From the NCBI RefSeq assembly GCF_035084215.1, contig NC_090357.1, positions 7,440,001 to 7,504,000 on the forward strand: DNA of 64,000 nucleotides. Direction: 5' to 3'. The notes below the pieces were generated by a model. That model had not been told where the DNA came from, made no database searches, and worked only from the letters and a program-made list of their open reading frames with translations. Positions within the stretch are counted from its first letter, which is position 1, and each line of letters begins with the position of its first letter. Positions 12,401 to 24,400 of the stretch are shown here, one piece after another. The translations under genes and the position numbers were made by a program. The stretch is from Heptranchias perlo (taxonomy: Eukaryota).

Positions 12401-15400
12401 ATGGACCCGGCCTCTCAATGCAGCTCCCAGGTGGGCCTCTCACTGGCTTCCTGCCCGGGAGTTAAAATTTCCCCTCAGAAAAAATCTTCCTCTATACGTT
12501 TTAAAAAATCTTTCGGTTATATTTTTGAGTGCAAAGTATTCTGTAAGGAGAAAACCTTATGTCTAACTGTGTAATTGTACCTGTAACGTATTGTAGATAT
12601 CTATGCTTTTATACACATTGGCGTGCTTCCTGATTTCCTGCAGCACTATCTTTGAGGCCTCCAATCGGAACAGTGGCCATTCACTGCTTTGCTCCGTCTC
12701 AGCTTTTTGGGTCGAAACTCCCGCCTCTGAGTCCATACACTGCGCAACAGGATTTTCCATCTGGCTCTCATTTGGCACAGACTCCAAGGGTACATCCTGT
12801 GGAGAGATCACAGGGTAATTCACAGACCTGCCCATTGTATTATGATTCCACTCCAGCTTTAGTACATGCAAGGCTGCTGTCAGCAGGGATGATCAAGTGT
12901 CGTCAGTTTAGCTTGGTTAGTGGAACTCTTGCCTCTGATTCAGAAGATTGCAGGTTCAAGCACAGGTACAGACTTGATCACGTAACCTAGGCTGAGATAT
13001 CAGTGCGGTGCTGAGGGAGTGCTGCATTGTCGTAGGTGCCACCTTTCAGCTGAGCCATTAAACTGAGGGCCAGTTCAGGTGCATGTAAAAGATTCCATGA
13101 CACTTTTTGAAGAAGAGCAGGGAGTTCTTCCAGTGTCCCAGCCCTGACATTCCTCCCTCAACTAATACCATCAAAAAACAGATGAACTCTTCATTCATCT
13201 CATTTGCGCTTTTTAGGACCTTGCTGTGTGCAAATTGGTCACCGTTTGCCTACTTAGCAACAATGACTGCTCTTCAAAAGTAATTCATTGGCTGTGAAGC
13301 ACTTTGGTACTTCCCAAGGATCATCCTTGAGAACAAAGATAAGCACTGGCTTCTTTTCCACAACCCTTAAACCCCTCTCTCCTGCCCCCCTCCACCCTCA
13401 CCTTCAACAAGTGGGAGGAGCTCATGGACTAGGATTGAGACTTTCTGTTCATCTGCCTCTGCTTCCCCTGTTGTTTTGCCCACCGAGCCAAACCTTCCCA
13501 AGTCTCCCCCCATCCCTAGCCCCAAACCCACGTATCTCTCTAGTTACTGTCCCATCTCGCCTCATGCCCTTTCCAAGTTCATCTTGCCCAAGAGACCCAC
13601 CTCTGGCTCCCTTGACCCCCACCTCTGGCTCCCTTGACCCCCACCTCTGGCTCCCTTGACCCCCATTCCCACTAAACTGCTGACAATGCAAATTCCCTCC
13701 CTGGCCCCTTTGCTGGCTGATATTATACATGTTTTTGTCTCAAGTGCAATCCCCCGCCTTTTCAAAACTTCTGTCATCTTCCCTCTCCTCAAAAAAACCC
13801 ACTCTCAACTCCTCGGTCCTTGCTAGCTACTGCCCCATGTCCAATCTCCGTTTCCTCTTCAAAGGCCTTGAACATGTTGTCACCTCCCAAATCTGTGCTT
13901 ATCTTTCCCACAACTCCATGTTTGAAATCTTTCCAGTCAGAATTCCGCCCTTGCCACAAAGTGACCCTACTCGTCCTGGCTCAACCTCTCCGCAACCACA
14001 CCTTTCTCTTCCAATGTCTCTCCTTCGTTGTCCAGTTCAGTGGGACTACCCTCACGTCACCATTTCTCCGGAGTTCCCGCTGATCTTCCACCAAAGTTGC
14101 AGCGGGAGAACCCCTGTGGAAATTTAACCCCAGGAAGTCCGAAGTATAGTTGAACCCCCAGGACTGTCCCTATACCCACTAATTTATTTTGCAATTCTTT
14201 GACCTGTTTGTGCTCGATCTCTCCATAGACTTCTTGGAAATCAGTGACCAACCGCTTCAAGCTGCTCATTATGTCTTCCTCTGTTTCTAGAATGTTCTTG
14301 GGTGTCACCAGAACAGGGTCCAGTCCCAGTTCCATTAGCTCTGCGACATGCCGGACATGCAGTGCCTGCTTTGACATTCTGCGCTGTTTGGCCAAATCTG
14401 TCAGCACTTCCTTCATCTGGTCAGACTTTCCTCCATCCTCTTCTCTCTGTTGCTCTTGTAACTAGTTGAACAGCAAGAAACATCTTTAAGTTCTTTGTTT
14501 ACCTTAATGGCCCCTAATTTTATTTTACGGTAAGTGATATTAAAGAAACTGAGTGAAATATTTTATAACTTTTGCTTCTGAGGTCGCACCATCGCCGAAT
14601 CCCCCACCATCAACATCCTGGGGGTCACCATTGACCAGAAACTTAACTGGACCAGCCATATAAATACTGTGGCTACAAGAGCAGGTCAGAGGTGGGTATT
14701 CTGCGGTGAGTGACTCACCTCCTGACTCCCCAAAGCCTTTCCACCATCTACAAGGCACAAGTCAGGAGAGTGATGGAATACTCTCCACTTGCCTGGATGA
14801 GTGCAGCTCCAACAACACTCAAGAAGCTCCACACCATCCAGGACAAAGCAGCCCGCTTGATTGGCACCCCATCCACCACCCTAAACATTCACTCCCTTCA
14901 CCACAGGCGCACTGTGGCTGCAGTGTGTACCATCCACAGGATGCACTGCAGCAACTCACCAAGGCTTCTTCGACAGCACCTCCCAAACCCGCGACCTCTA
15001 CCACCTAGAAGGACAAGAGCAGCAGGCACATGGGAACAACACCACCTGCACGTTCCCCTCCAAGTCACACACCATCCCAACTTGGAAATATATCACCGTT
15101 CCTTCATCGTCGCTGGGTCAAAATCCTGGAACTCCCTTCCTAACAGCACTGTGGGAGAACCGTCACCACACGGACTGTAGCGGTTCAAGAAGGCGGCTCA
15201 CCACCACCTTCTCAAGGGCAATTAGGGATGGGCAATAAATGCCGGCCTCGCCAGCGACGCCCACATCCCATGAACGAATAAAAAAGTTTAAAAAGATTCT
15301 TTTATACTTGTTCTCAGGATGTGGGCGACACTCGTCAGGCCGCAATTATTGCCTGTCCCTACTTGTCCTGACAACCATGTAGTGTTGGGACTGAAGTCTT

Positions 15401-18400
15401 GAAGTAACGTGTAGGTCAGACTGAGTAGGGACAGCAGATTCCCTTTCCTGATGGGTATTAGTACGAACTCAAGATGGCTCCTCTCCTGGCAGCTCCCTAG
15501 GGAACTTCATTGCTGTGCAACTCTATCCATTGGCCATCCTTGAGACCTACCTCCTTGACCAAGCTTTTGGTCACCTGTCCTAATAACTCCTTATGTGGCT
15601 CGGTGTCAAACTTTGTTTGTTAATCGCTCCTGTGAAGCGCCTTGGGACATTTTACTGCATTAAAGGCGCTACATAAATGCAAGTTGTTGTTGTAGTGAAG
15701 CAGTTGGTTTTTTTTACGGCAATCTGGCGGCTTCATGATCATTTTTCTGGTGCCAGCCCACAAATTACCAGATTTGTTGAAATCAATTTCACAACTTGCC
15801 ATGGTGGGATTTGAACTCATGACCTCTGGGTTGCTAATCCAGGACCATAACTGCTACACTACAGTACCCAAATTAAAATAACTAAAATCTGTGTATCATT
15901 TTAATCTGTTATGGACGGTGAATTGGATTCCATCGGGGTAGATTTTAAACTTGCCACCCCAGGTGTAAAACCGGCCTGGATTTTACCTCCTGTTATAAGA
16001 ACCTCCTGATTTTTATTTCTGTTGAAATCAATGGAACTTCAATCAGGCGGTTTCGATGACGGGCGGCTGATCCGCAAAGCCAGTTCAATGCTCTGGCAGC
16101 AAGTTGAACATCCACCCCATTGTGTTGTAGTATGAATGCGGCGTTACATTTGGTGGCATGATACCGTGGTTCAGAATGATAAAGCCGGTTTTGAGGGTTA
16201 CATTTTGAGGACAGGTTGCATAAACTTGGCTTGTATTCCCTTGAGTTTAGAAGATTAAGGCGTGATCTGATCGAGGTGTTTAAAGTGTTAAAAGGATTTG
16301 ATAGGGTAGATAACGAGAATCTATTTCTTCTGATGAGGAAATCAAGAACTAGGGGGATATAATCTTAAAGTTAAAGTTTAGGCCATTTAGGAGGGAAATC
16401 AGGAAGTACTTTTTCCACACAAAGGGTAGTGGAAATCTGGAATTCTCTCCTCCCAAAAGGCTGTGGATGTTGGGACAATTGGAGCTTTCAAGACTGAGAT
16501 CAATAGATTTTTGTTGGGTAAGGGTATCAAGGGATATGGAGCAAAGGCAGGTAAATAGAGTTGAGGTGCAGATCAGCCATGATCTAATTGAGGGGCTGAA
16601 TGGCCTACTCCTGCTCCTATGTATAATAGCAGCCTAAGGTAACCCCTTTCAACTTAGCAGATTTAGAAAACACAATTCTTCCTCAACTGCACAGAGAGAA
16701 TACTTTACATGGAAATACTCCCCCCTACTCCTACCCTCTCCTTTAAGGCGAGTGCTGCGAGAAGACGGATAGGAACTAAAATACAATCAGGGAAAATAAC
16801 CAGAAAATAAGAGAAATACAAGGTCATCAAATAAAATGAGCCGCAACTGTTTTGTGTATCTTCAGAGTTTGCACAAGTGGGAAATGACAAGAGCAGAACA
16901 AGTGGGCAGAGTTTCGTTTATTGGCTGTAGCAGGTGCTTTGTTTTATACATACGGTTGAGTCTTGAACGGCTTGAGTTTCTGGCCTCTGTTGGTGTACTG
17001 ATTTGGAAACACAGTGAAGTATACATTTGACTTAAGCTCCAAGCATGCATCTCACACGCTCTTCAACCTCCCTGAATCCTCACTGTGTTGAAATCAAGGA
17101 TCATTGTATTAACTCCCTTCATTCCTCATTCATCCCCAGTTCTTCAAAATGGTGCAATTCCTTATCTCAGTCCATGATTCCACCATTAATCCACAGGCTT
17201 TTATAACTCAAGCTTGGTATCATTGGTGTCTCCTCTTGTGTCATACTCCTTTCCGACTTGGTGGTGTCCTGCACTATGACCCTTACCCTTCACTTAGGTT
17301 TTTGCAGCTAAAAGAAACAAAGTTTTAAGCCTGGAATGTTCCCTCTGTCCCCATCTTTCGAACACACCTCTTCCATAATCCAGCAGATTCTCTTCATTTC
17401 ATCTGTCAGCAAAGTCACCTCCAGATGGATTGTTTCGGCTGCGTGTTTCTCGATGTAAAACCTGACGTTATCAACAGAATTAAATGGAACAATTAGGAAA
17501 GTGGTTACTTCATGTGGAAATAATAGCCTGTGCTTTCTTTTTTTATATGTGACAGCAATTACTAAAATGGTTGTACATGTGATGAGGAGTGAGGAACACC
17601 AAGAGAAGCTGGGGTATCAGTGCACAGCTCCATAGAGTGCTAGGGTGCAGTCTTGAGCCTGGGGTGGGAGCTGTGGGTTTGTATCTGGGGGGCGGGCTGT
17701 GGGTTTGTAACTGTAATCCTCTATATGCCGAGAGAAACATTGAAGGGATAGTGTCTCTAGGCCACCATTGCACAACTCGAGGTAGTTGGTTTTTTGAAGT
17801 GTTGTTGGAGGCCTCAGGGTAGGTCACCTGATCACATCTTAGCTGTAGATGATTTGAAAGAACTCAGGAGGAGTAGAGGAAAACAGCACCATAAAAAGGA
17901 GTCCCATTTTAAAAATAATAGGACATAGGGACTCAACTCAATGTTAGGCACGTCCAAACTTTCTTGGATATTTTTCTCAATGTGTAAGAGATTCACACTG
18001 GGATAAGGTTTGACAAGTAATGCCCGCCCTCCAGCACCTAACCCAAAAGACCATTCTTCACAAGTGAGCCTAGCCAGTAAAAGTCAGCAGGCTGCTCAAC
18101 CATAGAAGGCAATTTGACTGAATCTAATCCTTTCTATGGCCACCATCCACTCACACGTGCTTTCCAGCGTGGATCACCTGATAATGATCAGGAGTCAAAA
18201 CCCTGGCTGATTTTTCAGCCCTCCTCAGTCAGGATGATGAGGCTGATTGCGATGCTTTACCACGGCCATAGCTAAGATCAGCTAACTCAGCTTGGACCAG
18301 GAATCAAACCTCCCTAGTTCATATTGCTCAGTTCCACACCAAATGGAGGGCATTTAGTCAACTGAACCATCAGAGGACTCCCTCTGTAATGGAAACAAGG

Positions 18401-21400
18401 AAACTGCTGTTAGAACGGCAATACCATCATTTCAGGTATCAGCGACATCATTATGGGAGCAGCGGTACCAAAGACCACTGATATTATCACCAGAAACAGA
18501 AAATAGACTAAAAACACAACAGGCAAAGGTGGGGATTAGATAGTTGAAATGACAAAACTACAACTAAAAACAAAACCACAAACTTCATCAAAAGAAGAGA
18601 AAGTTATGAGGGGTTTTGATAGAGTAAGTAGGGGGGGGAAACTTTCCCCTGGCAAGTGGGTCAGTAACCACAGGTCACAGATTTAAAATAATTGGCAAAA
18701 GAACTGGACGGGAAATGAGGAGAAGTTTTTTCACACAGAGGGTCGTTAAGATCTGGAACGTGCGACCGAACGGAATATTTTGTTCAAAGCACTCCCCATT
18801 CTATTTATAGAATCATAGAATCATAGAAGTTACAACATGGAAACAGGCCCTTCGGCCCAACATGTCCATGTCGCCCAGTTTATACTCAGCTAGTCCCAAT
18901 TGCCTGCACTTGGCCCATATCCCTCTATACCCATCTTACCCATGTAACTGTCCAAATGCTTTTTAAAAGACAAAATTGTACCCGCCTCTACTACTGCCTC
19001 TGGCAGCTCGTTCCAGACACTCAACACCCTTTGAGAGAAAAAATTGCCCCTCTGGACCCTTTTGTATCTCTCCCCTCTCACCTTAAATCTATGCCCCCTC
19101 GTTACAGACTCCCCTACCTTTGGGAAAAGATTTTGACTATCTACCTTATCTATGCCCCTCATTATTTTATAGACTTCGATAAGATCACCCCTTAACCTCC
19201 TACTCTCCAGGGAAAAAAGTCCCAGTCTATCTAACCTCTCCCTATAAGTCAAACCATCAAGTCCCGGTAGCATCCTAGTAAATCTTTTCTGCACTCTTTC
19301 TAGTTTAATAATATCCTTTCTATAATAGGGTGACCAGAACTGTACACAGTACTCCAAGTGTGGCCTCACCAATGCCCTGTACAACTTCAACAAGACATCC
19401 CAACTCCTGCATTCAATGTTCTGACCAATGAAACCAAGCATGCCGAATGCCTTCTTCACCACCCTATCCACCTGTGACTCCACTTTCAAGGAGCTTTGAA
19501 CCTGTACTCCTAGATCTCTTTGTTCTATAACTCTCCCCAACGCCCTACCATTAACGGAGTAGGTCCTGGCCCGATTCGATCTACCAAAATAATACTCACC
19601 GCTATTTGATTTGAGGCTTTTGTAGAAATACCAGTTTTATTGCTGACTTGGAGGCTCTCGGGCCTTGCAGAGCTGATCGCACAATCGGGCACTCCCAACG
19701 AGGGGCTGCGCTAGCAGACGGGGCTGCTGGCAGCCTTTGGGTTTCTGTCCATTAGTTTAATCGGGAGCACCCACTCGGGGATCGGTGACTTCAGACCGAG
19801 CCGGATGCCAACACAGGAGCCACTTGAGCACAGGATAACAGCACTCCCAATCGGGGAATCTGCATCCTCAGCCTGGGATTTCCTGGGCCCGGGAGGCTCC
19901 CTATCAGCTCTCTATTGAAGCCTTCCAGGACACACAGGGACACTCCAGCCGACCCGTCCTATCGCCAGGGCAGCCTAGCAAAATTGAGTCAAGACTCGGG
20001 GGGGGGGAATCCGCATTTGGTAATAAAATGTACATTGAGGAAAACGGCAAATCAAACAGTGGGGTGGAAATTAGTCTGGTCCCGTTTTCGGACCTGAGCG
20101 ACCAAAGCAAGAGGGCCTGAGAACCAATAAAAAAAATGGTCCTCGGGCCTCATCGGCGCACAGAGCTGCCGGCGCTGGTCACGTCTCCACAGGCAACTCG
20201 CCCGAGCGAAGACTTCAATCTTGGGCCACCTGCCCCACCGACAGCAGCTCTCAGATAAGTCCAGGGTGGGGGAGTTGGAGTGGGCTACGGAGGGGAGGGG
20301 GCGTGGGGGGAGCTACGATCATGACTGCTATGGAGTCGAGGGGAACACTCCTGCTCCCCTGGCTCCATAGGAATGTTTTAAAAAAAACCCACATTTTTCA
20401 AAACCCACCTTTGGTCGGTAGCAGACGGGGATCACTGAGGATTCCTGAGCAGGGTGGGGAAAACGCCTGCTCCGCTCGTCTGAGACAAATTTCTAAAAGG
20501 GGCCCTTAACAGGCATTAGGCCCCTCATTTACATATTTAAGGGGCCCTAAAATACGGGTCCTGAATTTAGCAGTGGAACCAACGCCTGCGCAGATTGGGC
20601 ACAGTCCATCCCATTGCTAAATTGGTCCGCTCTGGTCCTGTTTTATGCCTGAAAAACAGGCACGATGCATACCAATTTCTACCCCAATGTCTTTCCCCCA
20701 CCCCCCAAAAATGGAGGAATAGTTGGAATGCCAAATAATCCCCCTAGACTCTCCTTCCTTTTAAATGAATCCAGGCTGCTCCTCTCAAAGAAAGCTTACC
20801 TGGTTAATGCCTGCCTCTGTGGGCATACTCTTTTAGTCGCAGGTGATGGCCCACAGACTGGTGCTTTGGGAGGGGCTGTGAGGAGCTTGCTGGGAATTCT
20901 CGAAGGCTCCGGACATGGCGTAGGGCCTGCTTGCGGCCTACTGCTAATCCCAGGGCCTGTTTAGAAAGTATTGCAAATCATGTATTTTTAAAGTAGAATC
21001 AACCTTTTGAGGTCGACAGCAAAATCAAAGAAAGAACTTGCATTTATTATCATGTGTCTCAGGACGTCCCGCAGCACTTTACATGCAATGGATTAGTTTT
21101 GAAATGCAGTTACTGGAGCCTCGATTTAACATCTTATCCAAAGGTGCAGCACCTTCAACCGTGCAGCATTCCCTCGATACTGTGTAACACTGAGGTTTCA
21201 GCCTAGACTTTGGGCTGTAGCCAGGGAGTTGATCTTGAGCCATCTACTCAGAGGTGAGAGTGCTACCAACTAAGCCAAGCTATTGGAACAGGCAATCTGA
21301 ACCTCTGAAACAATTGGCCAAATCTTGCTGGAAAAAAAATGGCATGTTAACGACGCACGCCATTATTAATGTATAAATCGGCAAGCAAGTTCAGGGGGAT

Positions 21401-24400
21401 TAAGAGATAAGCCGTGAGTAGCGAATCTTCAGAACTTGCTGGTTGTTTTACGCCGTTTGCTTCACTCAAATGGCATCTTGCCATTATTTTTTTTTTTTAA
21501 GAACTTACTGGATTTGCACATTAATTGCCCATTAAACTCACCGCAGAAAGTTAGGGCTGGAACTTAACAGCGTAAGTACCTTTTTAATGCGTAATAATTG
21601 TTACTGCAATACCAATGAACCTTTCCAGCCCAGAAAGGGAACAATTTAAACTGTTCAATCTCATTCCTGCATGTAGTAAATTATTATAAGAGATTTTAAA
21701 AATGTCAAACTTTTAAATTTTATTCTTACTTTTCCTTTCTTTTTGCTTTCTCTTAATCCAATCTGTCATTCCCTCTCTCTATTTCTCCTTCTACGCCTGA
21801 TTCGACTCTAACTCACCCTCCTTCTCCGTCGTTCCTCCGTTTCTTTCTCAATCCTTAAATCTCACTGGTTAAGGTGATAGACTGTTGGTCCCGCCGTTCA
21901 CTAAGGTCCCAGATGCCCTGTTTCCCTCGTCACACCGTTATCAGCTCGCACTTCCAGCAAGTTACAGCGCAAAAAAATTTCAAGCTGAAGGGCTCAGGAA
22001 AAAATCTGACTAATGGCGTACGCTCCAAGATGCCTCAATCCAGTAGGATCTGGCCCAATTTCTTTTTGTACATTTACTCACTAAGGTGAAAAATAACAGT
22101 ACACTGAGAATGTGATATTTGTCCAAATATAAAACAGCAGGAGCCGACGTGTGTGAGTCCTATAAATGAAAATTCAAATGTAGCGACCTACATGTTTACC
22201 GTATGTAATTTGCAAGCATTGAGTACTTTCACAAACCACAGGTGAATCATGAGTGTTAGCCAAGCTGGAGCAAGAGATCATTTAGAAACTCGGAGTCCTC
22301 TTTTTATAATCCTTCTTTAATCTGGTTTTATTTCATTATAAAAAATAGAAAATACTGGATCAGCATCTGAACGATAAAAATAACATCTTCGGTGGGACTC
22401 ATCTTGCAGAATTCATCGTTTTTCTCTTTCTCAATATATTTCAGTAGCTTTGATAATGTAGCTATGTAACTCAACCACAGCATTGTATTAAAGTCTACAG
22501 CACAGAAAAAGGCCATTCGGCCCATTGGTCCATGCTCCACACAAGCCTCCTCCCTCCCTACTTCATCCAACCCTATCAGCATATCCTTCCATTCCTTTTT
22601 CTCCTCATGTGCTTATCTAGCTTCCCCTTAAATGCACTGAAGGTTTATTCAGTCCTGGGAAAGACATGTGTGTCACATCCACACCTCAATACACTACTTT
22701 TCTTCATGCCATCCTTTTTCCATATGCCTCTGCTGTTGGCTTGACAAAAAGTGGATGAACCTACCAACTGTTTGTTTGATCCAGGTGCTACGGAGGAAGA
22801 GGAGCTGGAGCTGCCTGGTACCATTTTTGTTTCATTGACAACACACGCAAGTGACTTGTGTCATCGCACTGCGTTTGGATGTTTCTCTGTGTTAAAGGCA
22901 CTATTAAAATGCAGGTTATTGTTGAGAGGTTATACTTATCAGGAAAGATTGAGCAGGCTGGGGTCTTCTCTCTAGAAAAAAGACTGAGGGATGACCTTAT
23001 AGAGGTCTTTAAGATTATGAAAGGGTTTGATGGGGTAGACGTGGAGAAGATGTTTCCACTTGTGGGGGAGACCAGAATTAGGGGCCATAAATATAAGATA
23101 GTCACTAATAAATCCAATAGGGAATTCAGGAGAAACCTCTTTACCCAGAGAGTGGTGAGAATGTGGAACTCATTACCACATGGAGTGGTTGAGGCGACTA
23201 GCATAGATGCATTTAAGGGGAAGCTAGATAAGTACATGAGGGAGAAAGGAATAGAAGGTTAAATGAAGTAGGGAGGGAGGAGGCTGGTGTGGAGCATAAA
23301 CACTGGCATGGACCTGTTGGGCCTGTTTCTGTGCTGTAAATTCAATGCAATTCTATGTAATTCTATTTGACAAGCCTTTTGTTTTGACCCATATTTGTAC
23401 TTGGCAAAATTTTTAACCCCCTGTTGCTGAGCACAAGACAACACAAGTCAAGAAACTGAACCTATTCTCACTGACAGTCACTAAAGTTACAAACTAATTG
23501 AATTTAAACTTTCACATTGTGCATGCAAGTTAGTAGCACCCAGTTTGATGGTCTCAACTGTGAGAATGTCCAAGATTGATAGTACGGAGACTGGATGTGT
23601 CATGCTGGAGTGGAAAGGAATGGCATATTCAAACCTGAGTGAAGGTATGTGATAGGGCAATAGGTGGGCAGGGGATTGGTGGATTTAGAGAACCATACCG
23701 GACAAAAAGCAACTCATGAGCACCACAAGAGCATTCAACGCTGAATTACTGAAGGTAAAGAAATGAAAAACCAATAGAAGCTGAGATAAGGAACAACGGT
23801 TACCTTTGTGCGATACGAGATTCAGAGTGTCTGGAGATAGGACGATGTTCCTGTCAGACTCCAACAGGCTTATCACCTGTTTCAGAAGAGGAAGCATTTC
23901 TCGGTTGGTAGAATCTGGAGTCCCATGAAAACGACCAGCAGCTCGGTTCCAGATCAGCTGATAGTCTCCAAAACAGTAGATACCCCCAAAGAGAATACCC
24001 TGAAACGGAAAGTTACATAAAGTGAGAGCAACTACTTACTGTTCTTAATGGTCGTTCTCCACGGCAGAGCTGGGGAAGGTGAGCTGGTGAGTTTGAATTA
24101 TCCAGCACTGGTTAGCAACATTCCTCTTCCAGACAATGTTAGAAAAAACTCATCCCAATAATATATTTTCTTGCAATTGATGCAGGAGGAGAGTTAATAC
24201 AGGGTGGGTGAAAACATAGTTTAGATTTAACTACTTAATGTAAAAGGTGGCGAATGTATAGAATGGACTGTTAAGGGAGGCAGTGGGGGCCGACTATCAG
24301 CAAATTCAAGAGAGGGTTGGTTAAATAACTGGAGAAAAATTTGACAGTGTGATATGAGAGGTATCGTGGAACCAGTTAGATGGACCACAGTGGTCTTTTC

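Noticed and set aside
17287-17307. 21-nt micro-exon candidate (ttttag| ... |gtaagg)
   Set aside because: Contains TGA in the required frame and would need a 60-nt intron; at most a poison exon, unsupported.
14710-19540. LINE-derived ORFs (156 aa, 216 aa) as host genes
   Set aside because: 5'-truncated ORF2 C-termini with retrotransposon tails and multiple siblings in the window.
19600-19710. Strong donor (GCG|gtgagt) with a short open frame next to the young CR1
   Set aside because: No convincing acceptor, and the phase-0 end is incompatible with exon 38 (phase 2).
22765-22886. Exon-like Ser-rich segment with in-frame TGA (22861-22863), considered as selenocysteine or readthrough
   Set aside because: It ends in phase 0, which does not join exon 37 or 38 in an open frame; exon 36 splices to exon 37 without it; no SECIS evidence.
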